Source: Bdellovibrionota bacterium (GTDB taxonomy: Bacteria; Bdellovibrionota_C; UBA2361; OMII01). From it: a stretch of DNA of 64,000 nt. The stretch lies in assembly GCA_044345405.1 (NCBI GenBank), contig JBIJBE010000010.1, forward strand, positions 1 to 64,000, read 5' to 3'. Positions 40,483-49,656 of the stretch are shown here, piece after piece (the first letter of the stretch is position 1; each line of letters starts with the position of its first letter). A program made the translations under genes and the position numbers. Under the pieces are notes generated by a model. The model saw only the letters and a list, made by a program, of their open reading frames with translations. It was not told the DNA's origin and made no database searches.

Positions 40483-41427
40483 ATGACCCGATCTACCGTT
40501 CCACACCTGCTCCGTTTTCCGGCACCGGTCCCCTCGCGTTTACGGGGCGGAGTGGTGACCCTTGGGAATTTTGATGGTGTTCATCTGGGACACCGGCATG
40601 TCATTACCGCGCTCAATGAGGTCGCGGGGGAACGCCCCCGTATCGTCGTCTCGTTTTATCCGCACCCGGTTCGTGTCCTTCGGGGCGATAAAGAGCCACG
40701 CGCGTTGAGTAGCTTTCGTGAGAAGTGGGAGCGGCTCGGCGAACTCGGTGTTGAGCTCCTCTACGGAATTCACTTCACCCGGGATTTCTCAAAGGTCACC
40801 GCCAAGCAATTTATTGAGCGAGTCCTTGTGGAAGCTCTCGGCGCGAAGGAGCTTGTGGTGGGAGAGGATGTGGCTATCGGCCACAAGCGAGAGGGAGATC
40901 TCGCGTACCTCCAACGAGAGCTTCCCGCCTATGGGATTGCGTTGCGTGTAGTTTCTAAACGTCTTGAAGAGGGAGAGCGACCGAGCTCTCGACGGATTCG
41001 GCAGCTTCTTCTTGAGGGCGATGTGCGGGGCGCGGCGACCCTCCTTGGCGCGCCGTTCACTATTTCGTCCCGTGTAGGTCACGGCGATAAGCGGGGACGT
41101 CAGATCGGTTTTCCGACCGCGAATATTATGTGCGGAACACGATTGCTTCCGAAGCGAGGCGTGTACGGGTGTCAGGTGAATATTGAGGGACGGGACTACG
41201 AGGGGGTCGCGAATATCGGACTCCGTCCAACCTTCAATGGAGTAGGTGAGCGGCTTGAGGTTCATATCTTGAACGAACATTTCCCGAGTCTCTATGGCCG
41301 GCGATTGCACGTGAGCTTCATCGATCGATTGCGAGATGAGCTCAAATTCAATTCAGTTGATGAGCTGAAAGCGCAGATAGCGCGAGACATCGACGACGCT
41401 ACGCGGAGGTTGCGCCATGGCGGATAA
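40483..41427 (+). CDS. ribF: Bifunctional riboflavin kinase/FAD synthetase
   Basis: GNFDGVHLGH, SSRRIR, GFPTAN, ANIGLRPTF, EVH. Confidence 0.95.
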   Translation: MTRSTVPHLLRFPAPVPSRLRGGVVTLGNFDGVHLGHRHVITALNEVAGERPRIVVSFYPHPVRVLRGDKEPRALSSFREKWERLGELGVELLYGIHFTRDFSKVTAKQFIERVLVEALGAKELVVGEDVAIGHKREGDLAYLQRELPAYGIALRVVSKRLEEGERPSSRRIRQLLLEGDVRGAATLLGAPFTISSRVGHGDKRGRQIGFPTANIMCGTRLLPKRGVYGCQVNIEGRDYEGVANIGLRPTFNGVGERLEVHILNEHFPSLYGRRLHVSFIDRLRDELKFNSVDELKAQIARDIDDATRRLRHGG

Positions 41428-42391
41428 CGTTCATGTTCTGGAGCATCAGGGGAATGAGGCGCGACTTGATAAGATTATCGTCGAGCGTCTCGCCCAGACC
41501 TTGATGTGTAGTCGCTCGCAGGTTGAGCGCTGGATTGAGGAGGGCGCTGTCTCTGTTAACGGCAAGGTCGTTGTGAAGCCGGCGTTTAAGGTTGGTGATG
41601 GCGCTCGCATACAGGTTGTCGCGCCGAGCGAAGATAAGACTCACCTCAAGCCATTAGACTTTCCACTTGAGATCCTCTTTGAGGATGCCCACCTGATCGT
41701 ACTTAATAAGCCAGCTGGCATCTCGATGCATCCAGGGGCTGGAAACGATACGCATACTATCGCGAACGCGGTGGTGCATCATGTTGGTAAAAAACAACTT
41801 TCAGTAGGTGAGTCCGATCGTCCCGGTATCGTGCATCGGCTCGATAAGGACACGACAGGGGTTGTCGTTGTCGCGAAATCGACACCGGTTCACGCGGCGC
41901 TCTCTCGTCAGTTCGCTGATCGAAGTGTCGGCCGATCGTACCTCGCCCTAGTGTACTCAACGCCACGCGCGGTTCGCGCGATTCAAGCCAGCGAAGAAGG
42001 TGAGGTATCCGCGCCGATCGGGCGTCACCCCACGAATCGCAAGATTATGACGATCGCCGAGCATGGACGCCCCGCGACGACCTTGTGGAAGGTGCAGGAG
42101 CGGTTTCCGCATGGAACGCTCGTTGAGTGTACGCTCAAGACAGGGCGCACCCATCAGATCCGTGTGCATATGACCTCGATCGGATCTCCTGTGATAGGTG
42201 ATCCAGCGTACGGTGATTTCGCGAATCTTCCGAAGCCTCTTCGTGACGCGGCGGGGCTCCTTGGGCGACAGGCCCTGCACGCGGCGACTCTTTCCTTTAC
42301 CCATCCGAAAACGAAGGAGCGTCTCTCCTTCTCAGCGCCGGTCCCTGAGGATTTTCAACGGCTCATCGCGGCGTTTCGTGGAGCGCTGTGA
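41417..42391 (+). CDS. rluD: RluA-family 23S rRNA pseudouridine synthase
   Basis: S4 domain, NKPAG, RPGIVHRLDKDTTG, TGRTHQIRVH, RQALHA. Confidence 0.93.
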   Translation: MADNVHVLEHQGNEARLDKIIVERLAQTLMCSRSQVERWIEEGAVSVNGKVVVKPAFKVGDGARIQVVAPSEDKTHLKPLDFPLEILFEDAHLIVLNKPAGISMHPGAGNDTHTIANAVVHHVGKKQLSVGESDRPGIVHRLDKDTTGVVVVAKSTPVHAALSRQFADRSVGRSYLALVYSTPRAVRAIQASEEGEVSAPIGRHPTNRKIMTIAEHGRPATTLWKVQERFPHGTLVECTLKTGRTHQIRVHMTSIGSPVIGDPAYGDFANLPKPLRDAAGLLGRQALHAATLSFTHPKTKERLSFSAPVPEDFQRLIAAFRGAL

Positions 42392-42397
42392 GGAGGC

Positions 42398-43147
42398 GTG
42401 ATGAATCCTCGCTTTGAGATTATCGACCATAACGGATTGCGTCTCCTCGTGTATCGTCCTTGGTGGGAGGAGGGGATCGTGCATGGAATGACCCTCGGGC
42501 CGATCTCATTTGGTGGTGATGCGCTTGTTTCCTCGGTGGGTGATGTGTATCGAGCCACCGGTCTCTCGATGCTCGCGAATCCCCAGCAGACGCACGGCGA
42601 TCGTTTTTTTGACGCCCGTTGCTCGGCTGATACTGTCGCGTTGATGTCGCCCGAGGGTTCGCTCCTTCGGTTCGGTGAATACGATAGTGTGATAGCGCCA
42701 CGAACTCAGAATATTCCGGGAGAGCGGGTTGGGTACGCGATCGCGACGGCGGATTGCGTGCCCGTAGTCCTTCGCGGTTCCTCAGGGTGGGGACTCGTTC
42801 ACGCCGGCTGGCGGGGACTCGCAAACGGTATCGTCGGAAAGGTGGCTCACGCGTTAGGCGACGTTCTTGAGGCCGCTATCTTCGCGTGCGCTGGAGGTGA
42901 GGTGTATGAGGTGGGTCCTGAGGTTATTGAGGCGATAGGAGAGACCGCATGGTATCGAGCTGCTCCGAACGGGAAATTTCTCCTCGATACAGCCGAGACC
43001 GCCGCAGTTCAGCTCCGTTCGGTCGCGCCATCGGAAGGTATTGAAAAGTCAGGGGTCTGTACGATCCGTGATCACCGATTCTACTCTCACCGGCGCGATG
43101 GTGAGAGGGCGGGGCGTTCGATAACGTTCGTCGCGCCGTCTAGTTAG
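42398..43147 (+). CDS. pgeF: PgeF/YfiH-family protein
   Basis: QTHG, TADCVPV, HAGWRG, YEVG, FYSHRR; follows rluD. Confidence 0.88.
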   Translation: MMNPRFEIIDHNGLRLLVYRPWWEEGIVHGMTLGPISFGGDALVSSVGDVYRATGLSMLANPQQTHGDRFFDARCSADTVALMSPEGSLLRFGEYDSVIAPRTQNIPGERVGYAIATADCVPVVLRGSSGWGLVHAGWRGLANGIVGKVAHALGDVLEAAIFACAGGEVYEVGPEVIEAIGETAWYRAAPNGKFLLDTAETAAVQLRSVAPSEGIEKSGVCTIRDHRFYSHRRDGERAGRSITFVAPSS

Positions 43148-43196
43148 AGCTTCCTCATAGAACAGAGCTTTAGGCGAAACCATATCGTTGCGCGGG

Positions 43197-43226
43197 AACG
43201 TTTACGTGTACGAGCACGTTTACGAG
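43197..43226. repeat. Hexamer array (NACGNN)x5
   Basis: aacgtt tacgtg tacgag cacgtt tacgag. Confidence 0.65.
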
Positions 43227-43348
43227 GCTCGGCGGTGTTTTGTTGAATCGTACTCGAAAAATTTCTACAAAGTTCCACGGTCTGAGGGTATACTGAGGGT
43301 CACAGTGCTGTACGTAAGAAGTGTCTTGAACGCGGGAGGAGATCCGGG

Positions 43349-43561
43349 ATGGAGAGTCACGAGCGAGAGCTTATTGAGAGAGCGGTAGAGAGTAACTTCG
43401 AACTTAAAAAGCTCTACACGCAGCACCAAGAATTAGACACAAAACTTAAAAAGCTCGGGAAGCAAAGCTTCCTGACCGCGCAAGAAGAGGCTGAGGAGCG
43501 TCGCTTAAAGCAGATGAAGCTTCGCGGTGTTGAGAAGATGCTGAAGCTCGCGGCGTCGTAG
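43349..43561 (+). CDS. YdcH/DUF465-family small protein
   Basis: LKKLYTQHQELD...FLT..EE...LKQMKL; GGAGG RBS. Confidence 0.8.
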   Translation: MESHERELIERAVESNFELKKLYTQHQELDTKLKKLGKQSFLTAQEEAEERRLKQMKLRGVEKMLKLAAS

Positions 43562-43598
43562 GTCTGACGCTCCGCATACGCGCGGTGAGCGATAAAGT

Positions 43599-43964
43599 TT
43601 ACGCAAGGTCATTGCCACCCTGATAGTCCATTAGGAAATCTTCGACCTCTCTCAAGTTGCTCACAGTTAGGCGAATTGGGGTGCCCTCTCTCTCCCCGGA
43701 GATGATGTATCCATCCTCCCCATGCTGAACGAATATGCACGGCTTCATAGCTGCGAGGCGATCAAGATGCCACGCGTTCTGTAACGCTGCTCGGGTGCCT
43801 GGTGTAACGGCGAGGTAGCCCCTAGAGCGGGCAATTTCCAGACGCGCGTGTTCATCCTTACGGAGGCGATGTCGGATCTGACGACTCCCGATCCTTCCCT
43901 TTGATGGCTTGCCCCGTATCAGTCGAGCGACATCGTCCTTGGTTGGCATTGGTTCTTTGCTCAT
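43599..43964 (-). CDS. Hypothetical basic protein
   Basis: 121 aa ORF with GAGGT RBS; no family recognised. Confidence 0.65.
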   Translation of the reverse strand: MSKEPMPTKDDVARLIRGKPSKGRIGSRQIRHRLRKDEHARLEIARSRGYLAVTPGTRAALQNAWHLDRLAAMKPCIFVQHGEDGYIISGEREGTPIRLTVSNLREVEDFLMDYQGGNDLA

Positions 43965-44274
43965 TACCTCAACCGTATCAAATGGTCGGAGATCTCCGAT
44001 AGGGGCACGGTTGGGTTGGCTGCGCCGCGAGCTGGACGTTCGACTGTTTCCTGTCTATATGCGACATGCCGCCAGATGGAATGTCTCTGTCCTTGCAAAA
44101 TATCGGATGAGAATTTGGGTACATAGCTCGGTCAGATATGCTACGGAGTTGATCCCTGACCTTACCCAGCCCACTCCTGACTGCCGCGTTTAAACCCTGC
44201 GCGAAGATCGTTTGCGTCATCAATATTTTCGGCGATCGGCATGTTCCCCATAGCTTTGGCAGCGAGGGAGCCCG

Positions 44275-45327
44275 TCAGCACCCTTTCGCTGAAGCTACAG
44301 GGCACAAGGAGACAGGCCCTTCGGATTGGTCGCGCACAATATCAAAACCTTTCGACCCTACGATCGTTTCCCCGTTCTTCACCATCCACCCCACATCTCC
44401 CCACTGGCGCAAGATTCGACTGGAAGGCGCCCCTCTGATAACCAGATACTTCACAAACGCCTCTCCATCCGTCGCGGAGGGGCCGCGAACCGCGGCTCCA
44501 CGAGATGTTTTCACCGGCATCCCCGTTCGCGGATCAAAGATGTGAGCGTAGGCGATACCGTTAATCACAAAGGGTGTGCCCCGCGCCCGTGAAACCGAGA
44601 GCGTCTCATCCCGCAGTTCGACCGGTCCATCCGAGGATCCCTCGCTCAGGGCGAGCTCCATCCTCCAGCCCGGCGCGCCGGGTGGCGTTCCGATGGCGGC
44701 GATACTACTGCGTCCGAAGTTGATAAAAGCGTGTCGCACACCGCGCGATTTGAGGTAGGTGGACATAGAGTCCACTGCGTATCCCTTGCCGATACCGCCT
44801 GTTTCGATCCTGACCGCGGGATACCTCTTGCCGAGGGTCGATGGGGGAGAAGTGTTGATGTTTGAGGGGGAGATGAGCGTTTTTACGCGGGCGATAGCTG
44901 ATGGTGATGGGGTCACACCGGTCTTGGCAGCCGCTTCCCACATCTCAACGAGGGGACGCACCCCGATGGTGAAAGCGTGATCAGTTTTGTCTGAGAGCTC
45001 CTGTGAGCGCACGACAAGCGCGAAGAGGTCAGGATCGACTGGCCGTAGCCCAGTGGAGGTATCTCGATTAAAGACGCTCACCGGACTCTCCGACTTCCAG
45101 GTGCTCAACACGGAGTCGAGGCGCTCAGCTATCGTGAATGTGTCATTGAGGATCTCGCGTCCATCGCGCTGGGAGGGCGCGAATATGGTGATGTCGAGCA
45201 GGGTGCCCATCACGTAACGGATCTCCGAGACCTGCTCAAGAGCCGGAGGAGGGGAGCTGTCGTGCGACATCCCTGAGCATCCGATACAGAGGCTCATCGC
45301 TAGTAGGAAGAAGTGAGTAACTCGCAT
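44275..45327 (-). CDS. apbE: FAD:protein FMN transferase (ApbE) lipoprotein
   Basis: MGT, LS.W...S.VS.FN, GGIGKGYAVD, AFINFG, HIFDPRTG.P; lipobox IGC; ATG 45327. Confidence 0.92.
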   Translation of the reverse strand: MRVTHFFLLAMSLCIGCSGMSHDSSPPPALEQVSEIRYVMGTLLDITIFAPSQRDGREILNDTFTIAERLDSVLSTWKSESPVSVFNRDTSTGLRPVDPDLFALVVRSQELSDKTDHAFTIGVRPLVEMWEAAAKTGVTPSPSAIARVKTLISPSNINTSPPSTLGKRYPAVRIETGGIGKGYAVDSMSTYLKSRGVRHAFINFGRSSIAAIGTPPGAPGWRMELALSEGSSDGPVELRDETLSVSRARGTPFVINGIAYAHIFDPRTGMPVKTSRGAAVRGPSATDGEAFVKYLVIRGAPSSRILRQWGDVGWMVKNGETIVGSKGFDIVRDQSEGPVSLCPVASAKGC

Positions 45328-45332
45328 GAGAC

Positions 45333-45848
45333 CTACGATGGTCGAGGTCGTTGCGCCGAGTCTGCATAGGCGTTGCGTTTCGACATCGCCACTGACCATG
45401 CCGAGAGAGCGATCGTCGTGATCAGCGAGAGCTGCAGGATCACAAATGAAGCTATCTTCATATACGCGAAGAGAGGGCTCACGAACACGATCAACCATCC
45501 GGAGGCCTCATCAAGAAACGCGCTCGTGAACGCGGCCACTATCAGCACAACCTTGAGCAATCCGTTAACCGGCACAAAGAGGAGTAGGTGCATGAGGGAT
45601 ACTAAAAATATCCCCATCGCGAAGAGGTGGAAGTGACTAACCTCCATGAGCCCCCGGATACTCTTCGGGCGGGTGAACTTTTCAGGCGAGCCGAGGTAGT
45701 GTTCCACGACCCCTTGGTAGCTCAATCCCATCTCCATGTAGAGTCCGAAATTCGTGAGCCAAAAAGCGAAACAGTAAAAGAGAAAGAAGAGCACGATCAC
45801 TCGTAAGAGCGTATTACGACTCCATTCGCCGGTGATGATAAATCGCAT
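45333..45848 (-). CDS. Four-TM membrane protein with a His cluster (possible heme-b protein)
   Basis: YLG..EKF..P.S, EVSHFHLFAMG...LMHLL; start overlaps the upstream stop codon. Confidence 0.8.
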   Translation of the reverse strand: MRFIITGEWSRNTLLRVIVLFFLFYCFAFWLTNFGLYMEMGLSYQGVVEHYLGSPEKFTRPKSIRGLMEVSHFHLFAMGIFLVSLMHLLLFVPVNGLLKVVLIVAAFTSAFLDEASGWLIVFVSPLFAYMKIASFVILQLSLITTIALSAWSVAMSKRNAYADSAQRPRPS

Positions 45849-46441
45849 TACTTCGTTTCCTTAAGGAGAACTTCGAACGAGGCCCGAACCGCTCGAACAC
45901 CGTCCGATAATCCGTTCACGGTCAGGGTGGATCCTGCTATCGGAGCGAGTCCTTGTCCAGGCACTAAATCCTGCATCGGTTTAGGACCCTCGAGCTGTTT
46001 AAGCCACGTATCTGTTGGTTGATAGTCAGAGGGTTCGTGAAACGCGAGAAGCACGACCTTTTGAACAACTCGGTCCGGTGATACGACCACCATGAATACG
46101 GCCAAGTTAGTCCGCATGACTCGCGAATCGATGACCGCGTATCCGAGCAATTCCCCGTTTCGCCGACCCTCGAAGTATTGAAAGAAGGATGAGGTAAGTT
46201 TCGTTTGCGCGAGCTCCTCGATGACCGCTTTCTGGTCTGCGGAGATCTTTTGGGTGCGGGAGGTCATCTGAGTCCCGGGGCCGAAGGCCGCTTCCATCGC
46301 CTCGTCTTGGGCTAAGAATACCTCCGCGCGCGCGGAGAGGGGAGACCCCGCGACGCACAGAGCAAGGAGTAAGGATGGGAGGAGGCGGAGCGTGGAACCC
46401 CGTCGCCGTTTATCCCCGTGGAGATACTCCCCCTTCACCAT
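45848..46441 (-). CDS. Exported FMN-binding domain protein
   Basis: Signal peptide (...SARA), AFHEP.DY.P..WL.QL, IAGSTLT flavinylation-like motif. Confidence 0.85.
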   Translation of the reverse strand: MVKGEYLHGDKRRRGSTLRLLPSLLLALCVAGSPLSARAEVFLAQDEAMEAAFGPGTQMTSRTQKISADQKAVIEELAQTKLTSSFFQYFEGRRNGELLGYAVIDSRVMRTNLAVFMVVVSPDRVVQKVVLLAFHEPSDYQPTDTWLKQLEGPKPMQDLVPGQGLAPIAGSTLTVNGLSDGVRAVRASFEVLLKETK

Positions 46442-46453
46442 CCTTGATCCCTC

Positions 46454-47833
46454 TTAGTATACGAAGCCAAGACCCAACGCGACCACATCAGCTGGTGGTG
46501 TTGGACCATCAACTTGGTAGTTCTTGTAATCGGCCTTGATTACAACCTTGTCGACGGGCTTGTAGGATAGTCCGACCGTGTAGATCGTTTGATCGAGCGA
46601 ACCATCCCTAGGGAAGCCGGACGGAACCGCGGCTTGGGTGTCCATCCGCTCATAGCGGAAGAACGGAGCAACGCTTTGCCGAGTACCGCTCACAAGATGA
46701 GGAAGGATATCGTAGGCTCCCTCAACATACCATCCGTCCTGGCGACTTCCGATCGTCTCTTCGTTCTGCTCGCTAACGTCGGCTGCATTCTGAATTCCCG
46801 TCCAGGCGCCCAGCGCGCGGAGTTGGAGCTGTCGGTAGTTATATTGAGCGTGAGCCGAGCCGATCGTTGTGAGAACGGTTGGGTAGCTCCCATCGAACTC
46901 TTCATTCTGTCCCGATCCACCTACCCAGAAGGAGCTTCCAACAAGGAGTCCTGGAACTGCGTCAGGGGTAAAATCAAGACGTCCAGTCCACGCTACGTCC
47001 TCGAAGAGGGCTTGGTTACCCTTTTGTCGTCCATCTCGGATACCGGTATCCTCAAATCGTGACGCTCGAAGTCCGTTTACCAGGTAGGTTCGGTACTCGA
47101 GTTTTCCACCCGCGTCTCCTTGGCCGAAGAATCCCATACCTATCTCGCGCCACGTCGTTGGGATGATGTATCGCTCTACATCCGGGCGAATAACGCCGTA
47201 GAAGTAGTTCGGCTCATGGATTTCGTTGATGAAACCCATGGGGATGAGCACGTTACCGGCTCGCACGTTGAATTGCTTCTCAAGGAGGAAGTCGAGGTAG
47301 GCGAACTCAACCGAGACCTCTCCACCTTTGTCGCCAGAGTCTCCGCCGATATCATCGGTCGTGCCGTGCTCAAGCTCGATCTCTGAGTTGAAGAGGATGT
47401 TATCGCTGAACTTGTACCCAATATAGGTGACCAGGCGGAGCGTATCCGCTTTATTGTCCTTACCGTCCGCGTTATCTACGTAGGCCTGGTAATTCGCCTC
47501 ACCGTATCCACCGATCGAAAGACCGCTCGATACGTTATAGACGCTTGATGCGGCCGGACCCATACCCCACTGGCTCTTGAGCTCTTTCTTCTCAGGAAGG
47601 AGTTGCCCAATCCGGGTTTGTTTAATCTCGCTCGCAAGCGATGTGGTGGTCTCCTCAACCTTTTTGTCCTGCTCCACGATCTTCTTGTCCTGGTCGTTCA
47701 GCTTGGCCTCAAGAGCGGCCAAGCGCTCTTTGAGGAGCTTAATCTCATCCCGATCATCGGCGAGCGCTGTTGAGGGGAGGGCGGAGGTTAGAAGAGCCGC
47801 GGATGCAAAGAGGCTCTTTGCTAATCGTTTCAT
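46454..47833 (-). CDS. Outer-membrane porin (OprO/OprP-like) with N-terminal coiled coil
   Basis: Signal peptide, IGGYGE, FNSEIELEHG, VEFAYLD, HEP, IIPTTWRE, terminal LGLGFVY. Confidence 0.85.
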   Translation of the reverse strand: MKRLAKSLFASAALLTSALPSTALADDRDEIKLLKERLAALEAKLNDQDKKIVEQDKKVEETTTSLASEIKQTRIGQLLPEKKELKSQWGMGPAASSVYNVSSGLSIGGYGEANYQAYVDNADGKDNKADTLRLVTYIGYKFSDNILFNSEIELEHGTTDDIGGDSGDKGGEVSVEFAYLDFLLEKQFNVRAGNVLIPMGFINEIHEPNYFYGVIRPDVERYIIPTTWREIGMGFFGQGDAGGKLEYRTYLVNGLRASRFEDTGIRDGRQKGNQALFEDVAWTGRLDFTPDAVPGLLVGSSFWVGGSGQNEEFDGSYPTVLTTIGSAHAQYNYRQLQLRALGAWTGIQNAADVSEQNEETIGSRQDGWYVEGAYDILPHLVSGTRQSVAPFFRYERMDTQAAVPSGFPRDGSLDQTIYTVGLSYKPVDKVVIKADYKNYQVDGPTPPADVVALGLGFVY

Positions 47834-47873
47834 GTGTTTAGTTCCTGAAAAGCCTCGTTTCCGCGGTATGATC

Positions 47874-47890
47874 TGTGAATTAGAATCACA
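47874..47890. promoter_or_regulatory. Palindromic operator candidate upstream of the porin operon
   Basis: TGTGA-attagaa-TCACA (N7), just downstream of a minus-strand TTGACA at 47907-47912. Confidence 0.45.
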
Positions 47891-48002
47891 ACGGAGAAGC
47901 GAGATGTGTCAAAACGCCGCTATGTGTATCAGTAGGGCGTTTGGCATGTCAAGCAGGGGTGCGGGTTATATGAGTCAGAATCGTACTTCAGCTGTTTTTT
48001 TC

Positions 48003-49544
48003 TTATCCCTCTCCCGTCGGAAAAAGGGATAGCTGCGAAGTATCTCTGTGCGGCCGCCCCGTTCCACGCTGTCTCCGCTTCCGGCTGCCGTGACGGGAGA
48101 GGGTGGTTTTTGATTCGGTCCGGAACTCAGGGCGACCGCGCCACTCGCGGATGACCTCGCGGGCGCGCCGGACGGCTTCAAGGTGGATGACCACCCGTTC
48201 AGGGTACTCCAGGCCTATCTGTACCCCCGCCTCGTTCAATTCAACGGGGGAGAGCTTCCACGGCTCGTGAATCAGCGGACTTTTGATCGCGGCAAGCTCC
48301 GGCACCCACGCTCGAACGAAATCGCCCCGCGGATCGTGGTCGTACCCCTGTTTGACCGGATCGTACATACGCAGCGCATTGATCCCGGTGGTGCCAGACT
48401 GCATCTGGATCTGCGGATAGTGAATGCCCGGCTCATAATCTAAGAACTCTCTCGCCAGGAAATGGGAGAACGTTCGCCAATCGAGGAAGAGATCGTACGC
48501 CGCGAAGCTGACGAGCATCGCTCGCATACGAAAGTTGAGCCATCCGGTCGCGCGAAGTGAACGCATGCAGGCGTCAACGAATGGGTAGCCGGTGCGCCCC
48601 TCCTGCCACGCTGTGAGGTGCTCCTCGTTGTGGTACCCGTCCCTCATCGTATCAAGCGCAGGGATGAAGGTATGGAATTCTATCGAGGGCTCCATCTCAA
48701 GTTTCTGAATGAAGTGGCAATGCCAGTGGAGTCGGGACTCGAAGGCCGAGAGTGAGCGAAGCCACGTGCCACGGGCGAGGGGATGACTCTCTCGGAGTCG
48801 CGAGATGGTCTTTCGTGTGTCCGCCACCACGGTTCGCATCGAGACGTTCCCCCACGCGAGGTAGGGGCTGAGTCGAGAGCCGAAATGTCGAGCCGTCAAA
48901 GGGCTTGAAATGGCGCGTGAGTAGGTCTCTCCACGCTCGGTGAGAAATGAGCGTAAGCAGTGGTGGGCGGCGCGCTCCCCGGGCTTTTGGTGAAGGGAGG
49001 ATGGCTCGAAATCGCCGGGCACCGGTGGGATATCGCCGATCTCAATCGGAAGAGGGGAGAGGCACTGGGGAGGGGGTTCAACGGGTGCGGTCATCAATTC
49101 TTCCCACCGCGTCGTCCATCGCTCGCGTGTTCGTAGACGTCGCACAACACCGAACTGTCGGGGCTCGTGCCACGCTATTCCTTTCTTATGGCACCAAGCC
49201 CCTACCGCCTTGTCACGCTCGAAGGTCTGCGCGTTTCCCGTTTCTTCGTGCGACCAGAGGGTGAACGTTCCGAAGGCTCGCTGAAGCTCACGAAGAACGT
49301 CTAGAGCTTCCCCCTCCCGTACCACGAGGGGTTGTCCGAGGGTCGCCAAATCCTGACGCAGCTCTCGCACGGACTCCGTGACCCACCATCGATGTCGTGA
49401 GCTCATATCGGGAGCATTCCACACCGAGGGTTCAAAGATGTAGAGGGGAAGAACGGGACCCGCGTGAGCCGCGGAGGAGAGCGGGGCGTGATCGAGGACT
49501 CGAAGATCCCGCTTAAACCAAACAACCTGCACCTGAGATCCCAT
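48003..49544 (-). CDS. Cryptochrome/photolyase family protein
   Basis: VWFKRDLRVLDH, SRLSPYLAWG, GRTGYPFVDACMR, WLNFRMRAM, DYEPGIH; ATG 49544. Confidence 0.95.
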   Translation of the reverse strand: MGSQVQVVWFKRDLRVLDHAPLSSAAHAGPVLPLYIFEPSVWNAPDMSSRHRWWVTESVRELRQDLATLGQPLVVREGEALDVLRELQRAFGTFTLWSHEETGNAQTFERDKAVGAWCHKKGIAWHEPRQFGVVRRLRTRERWTTRWEELMTAPVEPPPQCLSPLPIEIGDIPPVPGDFEPSSLHQKPGERAAHHCLRSFLTERGETYSRAISSPLTARHFGSRLSPYLAWGNVSMRTVVADTRKTISRLRESHPLARGTWLRSLSAFESRLHWHCHFIQKLEMEPSIEFHTFIPALDTMRDGYHNEEHLTAWQEGRTGYPFVDACMRSLRATGWLNFRMRAMLVSFAAYDLFLDWRTFSHFLAREFLDYEPGIHYPQIQMQSGTTGINALRMYDPVKQGYDHDPRGDFVRAWVPELAAIKSPLIHEPWKLSPVELNEAGVQIGLEYPERVVIHLEAVRRAREVIREWRGRPEFRTESKTTLSRHGSRKRRQRGTGRPHRDTSQLSLFPTGEG

Positions 49545-49656
49545 ACCTGAACAGCCCTCTGAGAACACCGTAGCGGAAATGAGATCCGAACCTCAAATGG
49601 CGAACGATCGATGTTCACTAAATGCCGCTAACCACCTCTTCTCCCCAGGTATGACC

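Noticed and set aside
43978-44223. 81-aa minus-strand ORF downstream of apbE
   Set aside because: No clear RBS or recognisable motif in any minus-strand frame checked; left uncalled
45328-45498. N-terminal extension of ApbE in the ORF track
   Set aside because: Overlaps the upstream membrane gene; the lipoprotein signal starts at 45327
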